Origin: Halorussus lipolyticus
GTDB taxonomy: Archaea; Halobacteriota; Halobacteria; Halobacteriales; Haladaptataceae
DNA length: 24,000 nt
Reading direction: 5' to 3'
NCBI RefSeq assembly: GCF_029338375.1
Contig: NZ_CP119804.1
Coordinates: forward strand, 1,670,955-1,694,954
A program made the translations under genes and the position numbers. The notes beneath the pieces were generated by a model. The model was not told the origin of the DNA and searched no databases. It saw nothing but the letters and a program-made list of their open reading frames with translations. Shown here in pieces: positions 17,370 to 24,000 of the stretch; the stretch's first letter is position 1; the number at the start of each line of letters is the position of its first letter.

Positions 17370-17414
17370 ATGTCCGAACACGACGAGATTGCCGGTGGCA
17401 GTAACGGTCCGTAA
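17370..17414 (+). CDS. Micro-ORF e, 14 aa: MSEHDEIAGGSNGP
   Basis: GGAGGTGA at 17356-17363 lies 6 nt before the ATG. AATATTA at 17324-17330 lies about 44 nt upstream, inside an AT-rich block. The ORF ends GGT CCG TAA. Confidence 0.45.
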   Translation: MSEHDEIAGGSNGP

Positions 17415-17435
17415 CTGATTTCCGCGATTCACGTC

Positions 17436-17440
17436 TTTTT
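17436..17440 (+). terminator. Oligo-T run (T5) after the last micro-ORF
   Basis: acgtcTTTTTcgg lies 22 nt after the micro-ORF e stop and about 95 nt upstream of the SprT-like ATG. Confidence 0.3.
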
Positions 17441-17535
17441 CGGCGGCCCAGTCTTCGGCGCAGTTCGACCGCGCCAGTTTTCGACCAGTCGGGACACTCT
17501 TGAGGCGGGCGTCCGACCGACCACCAACGACCGAG

Positions 17536-18198
17536 ATGTCCGACCCCCCGAACCCGTCCGACGCTCGCCCCGCGTCCGGGTCGCGCCTCTCGCCCGACAC
17601 CGACCCCGAGGAGTCCCCGACCGTCCGCGCCCTCGCTCACGCCGAGACCGACGAGGAGGTCCTCCTCGGCTCCAGAGCCTACTGCCGCGAGGCCACCCGC
17701 GAGTACGGTCTCGACGTGGACTTGTCGCCGGTCGAGTGGGAGGTCTCGACCCGCGCGAAGCGTCGGGCCGCCGCGGTCAAGCGCCCGAAGATTCCCGGCG
17801 CAGAGGTGGGCGAGCCACTCGACTGGCGCGAGGCGGCCGAGCGCACCGGAACCTCGCTTGCGGACCTCCGGACCTGCACGCTCTCGCTGACGCGGGCGGC
17901 GTTCGACGCCTTCGACGTGGGCGAGTGGACCGCCACCCTCCGCCACGAACTCGTCCACGTCGAGCAGTTCCAGCGGTTCGGCGCGACCGACCACGGCCCG
18001 GCGTTCCGGGAGCGCGCCGAGGCGGTCTCCTCGACGGTCAACTGTCCGCCGTTCGCGGACCCGAAGTACGTGCTTCGGTGTGGCGAGTGTGAGACCGTGG
18101 TGGGACGCCGGTACCGCGAATGTAAGTTGGTGCGCGAGTACGACGAGTATCGCTCCTCGTGCTGTGGCTCCGAAATTGTATGTTTGAGACAGAATTAG
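17536..18198 (+). CDS. SprT-like zinc metalloprotease domain protein with C-terminal Cys-rich zinc ribbon
   Basis: The track ORF starts at TTG 17500. I prefer ATG 17536 (MSDPPNPSD...). The motif HELVHVEQFQRFGATDHGPAF is HExxH plus a downstream His, as in the SprT family. The C-terminus is CGEC...CCGS. Confidence 0.8.
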   Translation: MSDPPNPSDARPASGSRLSPDTDPEESPTVRALAHAETDEEVLLGSRAYCREATREYGLDVDLSPVEWEVSTRAKRRAAAVKRPKIPGAEVGEPLDWREAAERTGTSLADLRTCTLSLTRAAFDAFDVGEWTATLRHELVHVEQFQRFGATDHGPAFRERAEAVSSTVNCPPFADPKYVLRCGECETVVGRRYRECKLVREYDEYRSSCCGSEIVCLRQN

Positions 18199-18212
18199 AT
18201 GTGTTTAGATAG

Positions 18213-18220
18213 TTTATATA
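18213..18220 (+). promoter_or_regulatory. Strong TATA-like box TTTATATA in an AT-rich block
   Basis: agTTTATATAttttctaaat is the only AT-rich stretch between the SprT-like stop and the DUF92 gene. A transcript from here would read through repeat copy B. Confidence 0.35.
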
Positions 18221-18313
18221 TTTTCTAAATATGGGGGTGTATTTCTTTGTGCCCTCTCGCTTCGTCTCGGCGTAACCGTGAGTGCAACCAACAGAATCGA
18301 AGTGATGAAGACT

Positions 18314-18425
18314 TCTCGAAGCCCCGCCCCCTTCATCCCACCCATGTCGGTTGGTTGTCCGAGCGCATCCTGCCGGTTGGTTGTCCGAGCGCATCCCGGT
18401 GGTCTGCTCCACCGAGCGCGTCCGA
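18314..18425 (+). repeat. Copy B of the MITE-like intergenic repeat family, with an internal 23-nt tandem duplication
   Basis: tctcgaagccccgcc plus the core ccccttcatcccaccc (18327-18343) are followed by gtcggttgg..ccgagcg, then ggtgg-N6-ccaccgagcgcgtccg, colinear with 22987-23056. The unit cggttggttgtccgagcgcatcc occurs twice (18348-18370 and 18374-18396). Confidence 0.55.
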
Positions 18426-18554
18426 ACGGCGTGGCCGACACCGACCTCACCCGCCGGAGTCAGACGCTCGTCTGACGGAAACCCCGGAACGGCGGCCGTG
18501 CTTCCGGGCGCTTCGGGAGGATTAAGTAGGCGTCGGGGAAAACGGGGGACTAAC

Positions 18555-19865
18555 GTGACCACCAGAGTTCGGCGCGCGGCGGCATACGCCGCGGTCTCTA
18601 CGCTCTCGCTCACAGCCCCGGTTTTGGGGTGGGCGACGGCCGCCGCGTTCGGAGCCCTCGCAATCGGGGCGCTCGCCGTGACCGACGGGCCGCTGTTCGA
18701 GTGGTTCGCCCGGCCCGCCGACCGCCAAGAGGGCCGACTCCACGGCCTCGCGGCGTTCGCCTTCGCGGCGACCGGCATCGCCCTGCTGGCGACGTTCGCT
18801 GGCCTGCCGACCCACGTCCTCGTGGCCAGCGTCGTCGTCGTGGGCTACGGCAACCTCGCCCAGCAAATCGCGTGGCAGTTCGACGCCGAACCCATCCTGC
18901 GGACCGGCGCGTTCGTCGGCGGCGGACTGATAGCGGGAGTCGTCGGGCAGGTCGTCGCGCTGGTCGCCGACGGCGTGGCGTTCTCGCCCGCGCTCCCCAA
19001 AATCGTCTTCCTCGCGGCCAGCGGGGCGGTGCTAGCGGGCCTGCTTCGCTCGGTGCTGTTCGCCCGCGACGACCCACTGGTGATGCTGTCGGTGGCCTTC
19101 CTGCTGTGGCTGTTCGCCGACCTGACCGTGGTCGTGACCGTCGAGGCCGTCGCGGTCGCTATCGCCGTGACCGCGCTGTTCGGCTACGTCTCGTGGTTGC
19201 TGGACACCGCCTCGATTCCGGGGATGATGACCGGCGCGCTGTTGGCGATGCTCACCATCGTCCTCGGGGGGTACGGCTGGTTCGCGGTCCTCATCTCCTT
19301 CTTCGGCATCGGGAGCCTCTCGACCAAGTTCCGCTACGAGGAGAAAGAGGCCCGCGGCGTCGCCGAGGACAACGAGGGCGCGAGAGGGAGCGGCAACGTC
19401 CTCGGGAACGCGGCCGTCGCGCTCGCGGCCGTCTTGGCCTACGCGGCCCGCGGTCGGCTTCCGATTCCGGGCGAAATCTTCCTGTTCGCGTTCGCCGGGT
19501 CCATCGCCACCGCGATGAGCGACACCCTCTCGTCGGAAATCGGCGGCGTCTTCGACAAGCCCCGACTCATCACCACCCTCGAACGCGTCGAACCCGGCAC
19601 CGACGGCGGCGTGACGTGGCAGGGCGAAGTCGCGGGCATCGCCGGCGCTGGGGTCGTCGCGGGCATCGCCGCGCTCCTGTTCGAGACGGTCGGCCCGACC
19701 GGCGCGGCGGTCATCGCGCTGGCGGGTGCCGGCGGGATGACGATGGACAGTCTGCTGGGCGCGACGCTGGAGGGCGACCGCCTCGGCAACCAGAGCGTCA
19801 ACTTCCTCGCCACCCTCACCGGCGCGCTCGTCGGCGCTGGCCTCGCGGTGGTCGTCCTGCCGTGA
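18555..19865 (+). CDS. DUF92/TMEM19-family polytopic membrane protein (COG1836-like) with an extra N-terminal TM region
   Basis: This is the in-frame part of track ORF 18351-19865. The upstream 68 codons overlap the repeat element and look non-native. GTG at 18555 is the first plausible start. The C-terminal half (GNVLGNAAVALA...SDTLSSEIG...GGVTWQGEVAG...DSLLGATLE) matches my recollection of the DUF92 pattern. Confidence 0.7.
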   Translation: MTTRVRRAAAYAAVSTLSLTAPVLGWATAAAFGALAIGALAVTDGPLFEWFARPADRQEGRLHGLAAFAFAATGIALLATFAGLPTHVLVASVVVVGYGNLAQQIAWQFDAEPILRTGAFVGGGLIAGVVGQVVALVADGVAFSPALPKIVFLAASGAVLAGLLRSVLFARDDPLVMLSVAFLLWLFADLTVVVTVEAVAVAIAVTALFGYVSWLLDTASIPGMMTGALLAMLTIVLGGYGWFAVLISFFGIGSLSTKFRYEEKEARGVAEDNEGARGSGNVLGNAAVALAAVLAYAARGRLPIPGEIFLFAFAGSIATAMSDTLSSEIGGVFDKPRLITTLERVEPGTDGGVTWQGEVAGIAGAGVVAGIAALLFETVGPTGAAVIALAGAGGMTMDSLLGATLEGDRLGNQSVNFLATLTGALVGAGLAVVVLP

Positions 19866-20284
19866 TTCGCCCCGCCGAACCGGCCGACCGAGAAACCCTG
19901 CGAGAGGTCCAGACTCACCTCCGAGAGCCGAATCCGCCCCTGCTGGACTACGCCATCGAGGGGCCGCCCCTGACCCTCGTTACTACCGCTCCCGACGACA
20001 CCCCGGTCGGCTACCTCGTCGCCTTCTACGACGACGAGGCTGGCTACGTCGCGGAACTCGTCGTGGCTCCCGACTACCGCCGAGAGGGTCGCGCCCGGAG
20101 GCTCCTCGGGGGTGCTTTCGACCGACTCCGGGACGCGGGTTGCTCGCGCATCCGCCTCGCGGTCCACCCCGACAACGACGCCGCCAGAACGCTCTACGAG
20201 TCGCTTGGCTTCGCGGACGTTGGTCGGGAAGAAGACCACTACGACGACGGACGCGAGGCTATCGTGATGACCCGCGACCTCTGA
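19862..20284 (+). CDS. GNAT-family N-acetyltransferase
   Basis: The last 140 codons of track ORF 18629-20284 read VIRPAEPADRETLREVQ...GYVAELVVAPDYRREGRARRLLGGAFDRLRDAGCSRIRLAVHPDNDAARTLYESLGFA, which contains the GNAT acetyl-CoA motif A region. The GTG start overlaps the previous stop (GTGA at 19862-19865). Confidence 0.8.
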   Translation: MIRPAEPADRETLREVQTHLREPNPPLLDYAIEGPPLTLVTTAPDDTPVGYLVAFYDDEAGYVAELVVAPDYRREGRARRLLGGAFDRLRDAGCSRIRLAVHPDNDAARTLYESLGFADVGREEDHYDDGREAIVMTRDL

Positions 20285-20295
20285 AAAATAGGTTG

Positions 20296-21798
20296 TTAGA
20301 ACTGCTCTGCGGTCCGGATTCGAACGTCAGCCGGTTGCTTGACGAACTCGCCGGTCTCGGCGGCGACGACCTGTCCGACCCCGCGCTGGGCCGACACGTC
20401 CAGCAGGCGCTGGTCGCACGTCCCGTCGAGGACCACGGCGTAGGGAACTTCGTCGGCCTCCTCCACGGCGTCGAAGGCGTTCTCGGCGGCGACCTCTGCG
20501 AGGACGCCGAAGGACTCGTTCAGCAGGCGAGCGGTCCCGGTCTCGGCGTCCACGACCGCCTCGATGTGTCCGCGGAGCGTCGCCGGGACGGCCGCCGAGT
20601 CGGCGTCTGGGTCGTCTGCTTGCGCCCCGTCGCCGTCGCTCTGGGCGGAGTCGGTTTCGGCCTCGACGGTCTCGTCCCCGGCGAGGGCCTCGGGGTCGTC
20701 TATCGTCTCGGGACCGTCCAGCGGTTCGTCGCCGCTGAGGAGGTCCGGCCCCTCGGTCGTCTCCGGGGCCTCGCCAGACGGTCCGTCCGGTCCGGTCTCG
20801 TCGGATTCCGGTGCCGGGCGGGCGCTCCCGTCGGTCGCCGCGGTGCCGGGTTCGGTGCCGCCGTCCGCGGGCGTCGGTTCCGCGTCTGCGGGGGCCGATT
20901 TCGCGTCGGCGTCCGGAGGTGCCGAATCTGCTTCCGACTCGGATTCGGTCGTCTCCTCGGTCTCACTGCTGTCGGCTTCTCGGTCGCCCTCGCCGACCAT
21001 CTCCTTCTCGAAGGGGCGCTTGCTCCGGAGCGCCGACATGACCTCGTGGCGCGCGAGGTCCTCGACCGACTTGTTGGCGGGCGAGAACGCCACGTAGTCG
21101 ATGTCGCCGACCTGTGCAAGTTCCTTCCGGATGAGGTCGCCACCCCGGTCGCCGTCGAGGAAGGCCGTGACGGTCCGGTTCTGGGTCAGGTCGGCCACCG
21201 CGTCGGGGACGTTGGTGCCCTCGACCGCGATGGCGTTCTTGACGCCGTACCGCAGGAGGTTCAGCACGTCCGAGCGCCCTTCGACCACGATGATGGCGTC
21301 GCTGTCCTCGACCCGAGGCCCGGCGGGCAGGCCCTCGAACTCCACGATGTCCTCGACGCGGACGCTCTGGCGGACCTCCTCGAGAATCTCTCGGGAGGTC
21401 ATCACGTCCTCGTCGAACGAGTCGCTGAGGAGTTCCTTGGCGCGTTCGACCACTTTCCGGCGCTTGGCGGCCCGCACGTCTTCGATGCCCGCGATGGAGA
21501 CGGTGGCCCGGCAGGGACCGACCCTGCTGATGGTTTCGAGCGCGGCGGCGAGGATAGAGGTCTCTACCTTGTCGAGACTCGACGCGATGGTGATAGTACC
21601 GAACGACTGTCCGTTTTCGCTGTCTATGTCGACGTCGATTCGGCCGAGTTTCGAGGACTGCTGGAGGTCGCGGAGGTCCAAGTCGTCGCCGAGCAAGCCT
21701 TCGGTCTGGCCGAAGACCGCGCCGACGACGTCACTCCGCTCTACCACCCCGTCCGCGGTGATATCGGCGTGAATGACGTATTTCGCTGTATCGTCCAT
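20296..21798 (-). CDS. dnaG: Archaeal DnaG primase (TOPRIM domain; exosome-associated) with a long acidic low-complexity insertion
   Basis: 500 aa. The N-terminus is [37 protein letters not shown]. The TOPRIM region is [27 protein letters not shown]...[11 protein letters not shown]. Confidence 0.9.
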   Translation of the reverse strand: MDDTAKYVIHADITADGVVERSDVVGAVFGQTEGLLGDDLDLRDLQQSSKLGRIDVDIDSENGQSFGTITIASSLDKVETSILAAALETISRVGPCRATVSIAGIEDVRAAKRRKVVERAKELLSDSFDEDVMTSREILEEVRQSVRVEDIVEFEGLPAGPRVEDSDAIIVVEGRSDVLNLLRYGVKNAIAVEGTNVPDAVADLTQNRTVTAFLDGDRGGDLIRKELAQVGDIDYVAFSPANKSVEDLARHEVMSALRSKRPFEKEMVGEGDREADSSETEETTESESEADSAPPDADAKSAPADAEPTPADGGTEPGTAATDGSARPAPESDETGPDGPSGEAPETTEGPDLLSGDEPLDGPETIDDPEALAGDETVEAETDSAQSDGDGAQADDPDADSAAVPATLRGHIEAVVDAETGTARLLNESFGVLAEVAAENAFDAVEEADEVPYAVVLDGTCDQRLLDVSAQRGVGQVVAAETGEFVKQPADVRIRTAEQF

Positions 21799-22037
21799 GA
21801 GTGATGAACTGCCCCTTGGCGGGGCGTGATGATGGTGATGTGTCCATGAGCGTCGCGGCCATGGATGTTTTAAAATCGAACGGCCTGACTGAAATACCTG
21901 TCGTCAGCGGAACTGTTTAGGGAGAGACTGTTACTTTCTTTTGACATGCACTGCGACCTCCGGCCCGCGGGGCGTGTCCGACTGGTGGCCCGCAATCTGA
22001 GGCCGGAGGACTACGCCGGAAATCCGGGGACGTGGAC

Positions 22038-22769
22038 TCAGGATAGCAGGTCTGCCAGCGTCTCAGCGCCGTGTTTTAGCGATGTCTCGGGGTCCTCGGG
22101 TTGGTCGTGTTCGTAGACTAGCCACTCGGTGCCGGCCTCGTCGGCGGCCCGGACGCAGGCCTCGATGTCCAAATCCCCCTCGCCGAGTTCGACCGGCGTG
22201 GTGTCGGCCACATCCTTGAGGTGGACCAACGGGACCCGACCGCGCAGGTGGTCGAGCAAGTCGATTGGGTCGCGGCCCGCCGCTGTCGCCCACCCAACGT
22301 CGAGTTCGAGGTCGATGCCGGTCTCGTCGGCCAGTTGATCGAAGGCGGATTCGGCGTCCGCGTCGCCGAGCCCGGTGAACTCGTGGTCGTGATTGTGATA
22401 CCCGAGCGAGACGCCGTGGTCGCTCAGTCGGGCGTCGAGTTCCTGCAACCGGCGGCCGGTGTCGGCGACGGCCTGCTGGCTGGCGAAGTGGGTTTCGTCC
22501 AGATACGGGACGACGATTCGGTCGCAGTCGAGGGTGCGGTAGGTCTCGGCCACCGAGTCGAGGTCGGCCTCGAGGTCCTCGATACCGACGTGGGCCGCCG
22601 CGGCGTCGAGGCCGGCAGAATCGAGCGCATCGCTGATCTCCTCGGGGTCGGAATCGCCGAGGCCCGCGAACTCGACGGCCTCGAACGCGGTGTCGCCGAC
22701 TCGTTCGAGGAGTTCGGGCAGTGGTACGTCGAGGTCGCGGAGCGTGTAGAGTTGGATTGCTGGTCGCAC
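22038..22769 (-). CDS. Sugar phosphate isomerase/epimerase (xylose isomerase-like TIM barrel)
   Basis: 243 aa with a GTG start. IQLYTLRD, FEAVEFAG, LGYHNHDHEF, VHLKD are typical AP-endonuclease-2/xylose-isomerase-like barrel motifs. Confidence 0.8.
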   Translation of the reverse strand: MRPAIQLYTLRDLDVPLPELLERVGDTAFEAVEFAGLGDSDPEEISDALDSAGLDAAAAHVGIEDLEADLDSVAETYRTLDCDRIVVPYLDETHFASQQAVADTGRRLQELDARLSDHGVSLGYHNHDHEFTGLGDADAESAFDQLADETGIDLELDVGWATAAGRDPIDLLDHLRGRVPLVHLKDVADTTPVELGEGDLDIEACVRAADEAGTEWLVYEHDQPEDPETSLKHGAETLADLLS

Positions 22770-22876
22770 GCCGGGGATACGACGTCGTGGGGTAAATCGG
22801 TTGTTGCGAAAAGGGGTTAGGTCGCTTTATACTGATTAGTTGCGACCGTAAACTGCGGAATCGGAGCTGTGGACGT

Positions 22877-23056
22877 TTCTTGAAGCCCCCGCCCGGTCGC
22901 GGTCGCTCCGCGGCATATCCTCGGCTCTCAGCACCGCCCGCCTCGGATAGGGGCCGCGGAGACGACCACGTAAACGCGACCGGGCGGCCCCTTCATCCCA
23001 CCCGTCGGTTGGTCGGCCGAGCGTTCGCTCTGGTGGAAAGTTCCACCGAGCGTCCG
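22877..23056 (+). repeat. Copy C of the MITE-like intergenic repeat family
   Basis: It begins ttcttgaagcccccgccc. It contains gcgaccgggcggccccttcatcccaccc (22976-23003), then gtcggttggtcggccgagcg and ggtggaaagttccaccgagcgtccg, colinear with copy B. A weak inverted terminus follows (..ccgcggctcgaag). Confidence 0.55.
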
Positions 23057-23204
23057 CCGCGGCTCGAAGTGTCTCTGCGTTTCTTTAGCAATTGTTCTCA
23101 TTTCTAAAAGGAAGGAAAACGATTACCTATCGTCACAGAATACGCCCGGCGTTCGCTCGCGGGAGGGAGAAACCGGTTTGGGCACGGAGTCCCACAGAGG
23201 AGGT

Positions 23205-23900
23205 ATGGACGGACTGACAGCGGTCGTAACCGGCGCGAGTCGGGGAATCGGCGAGGAGGTCGCACGGCGGTTCGCTACCGAGGACGCACACGTGGTCGTC
23301 TGTGCCCGCGACAAGGCCGAAATCGAGGCCGTGACAGCCGACATCGAGGACGGCGGCGGGAGCGCCACCGCGATGCGGGCCGACGTGCGCGACGAGTTCG
23401 ACGTGGAGCGACTCATGGAGACCGCGGCCCGCGAGAGCGACGGCGGCATCGACTTCGTGGTTCCCTGCGCCGGTGTCTTCCACGGCAGTCCCGGCGAGAC
23501 GCCCCTCGCGGACGACGCCTACTCGGCGTTCGACGACAGTTTCCAGACCAACGTTCGCGGCGTCTTCACCGCGGTCAAGGAGGCCCTGCCCCACCTCGCC
23601 GACGACGCGCGGGTGCTGGTTCCCTCCGGGAAAATCGCCCGCGACGCAAAGCCGGGGTACGGTTCCTACGCCGTCTCGAAGGCCGGCGCGGAGGCGGTCG
23701 TCCGGCAGTTCGCTACCGAAATCGAGTATCCAGTCGGCGTCGTGGACCCCGGCGCGGTCGCTACCGACTTGACCGGCGGACAGGGCAGAGACCCCGCGGA
23801 CGCCGCGGACCTGATTCACTGGGCCGCGACCGAGGCGTCGGCCGACGACCTCGACGGCGAAGTGCTGGGTCTGAAGGAGTTCAAGCGAGCGACGGCGTGA
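23205..23900 (+). CDS. Short-chain dehydrogenase/reductase (SDR) family oxidoreductase
   Basis: The track ORF starts at 23178. I prefer ATG 23205 (MDGLTAVVTGASRGIGEE), which is preceded by GAGGAGGT. It has the TGxxxGIG Rossmann motif and the YxxxK catalytic pair (YAVSKAG). Confidence 0.85.
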   Translation: MDGLTAVVTGASRGIGEEVARRFATEDAHVVVCARDKAEIEAVTADIEDGGGSATAMRADVRDEFDVERLMETAARESDGGIDFVVPCAGVFHGSPGETPLADDAYSAFDDSFQTNVRGVFTAVKEALPHLADDARVLVPSGKIARDAKPGYGSYAVSKAGAEAVVRQFATEIEYPVGVVDPGAVATDLTGGQGRDPADAADLIHWAATEASADDLDGEVLGLKEFKRATA

Positions 23901-23901
23901 C

Positions 23902-24000
23902 TAACACACCGCGTAGACGATTTGAACCGACCCGTCTTCTTCGACCGTGACGTGCGCGTCGGCGTAGCACTCGCTGGTCCGGATGGTTTGACAGTCCCGT
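23902..24000 (-). CDS. 3' end of an unidentified minus-strand gene (partial, runs off the window end)
   Basis: My reverse-complement reading ends ...DCQTIRTSECYADAHVTVEEDGSVQIVYAVC-TAG, with the stop at the complement of 23902-23904. It is open to the window edge. Only 32 codons are visible, so the call is weak. Confidence 0.3.

Larger units (their letters stand above)
16741..17414 (+). repeat. Tandem array of five units, each comprising a TATA-like box, a Shine-Dalgarno and a 14-codon micro-ORF
   Basis: The ATGs are at 16786, 16922, 17060, 17180 and 17370, giving spacings of 136/138/120/190 nt. See the individual micro-ORF entries and the findings. Confidence 0.75.

Noticed and set aside
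16741-17414. The micro-ORF array as a CRISPR array or a simple tandem DNA repeat.
   Set aside because: The units are not sequence-identical repeats separated by unique spacers. Spacing is irregular (120-190 nt), and what is conserved is the translational signals, ORF length and terminal codons. No cas genes are present.
18231-18275. Another 14-codon ORF (MGVYFFVPSRFVSA) that might be a sixth member of the micro-ORF family.
   Set aside because: It has no Shine-Dalgarno, no Asp5 and no Gly-Pro terminus, and it is hydrophobic. The TATA box is only about 15 nt upstream. The matching length is probably coincidence.
21801-21891. A possible C/D-box sRNA, based on two RUGAUGA-like motifs (gtgatga at 21801-21807 and 21826-21832) and CTGA motifs near 21886-21892.
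   Set aside because: No D' or D box lies at the expected 10-12 nt guide spacing, and there are no terminal complementary ends. The first motif overlaps the dnaG start codon. The evidence is insufficient.

Overview
The window is GC-rich (mid-60s % by eye) and encodes acidic proteins, which fits a haloarchaeal (class Halobacteria) chromosome. I support about 22 conventional genes. In order: two tandem moeA paralogs, hsp20, an ABC1/UbiB-type kinase, a ZIP metal transporter, a class I/II aminotransferase, a small membrane protein, aIF5A abutting agmatinase, and an AT-rich two-gene island (Tat lipoprotein plus Tat-secreted S1 serine protease). These are followed by a NIF3-family protein, an ABM-domain protein, the htrII-sopII photoreceptor operon, deoxyhypusine synthase, a SprT-like metalloprotease, a DUF92 membrane protein, a GNAT acetyltransferase, archaeal DnaG primase, a sugar-phosphate isomerase/epimerase and an SDR oxidoreductase. 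No rRNA, tRNA, CRISPR array or transposase was recognised. The most unusual signal lies in the otherwise ORF-free 16.74-17.41 kb gap between dhs and the SprT-like gene. It is a tandem array of five micro-ORFs, each exactly 14 codons (M-x-x-T/H-D-x7-G-P-stop). Each has its own TATA-like box and a consensus Shine-Dalgarno (GGAGGTGA in four, GGAGGAG in one). I know of no described family that matches. Other points worth a second look are the AT-rich island, whose two secreted proteins share a homologous module; a MITE-like intergenic repeat present three times; and a hypusine-pathway locus (aIF5A-speB ... dhs) split by accessory DNA.
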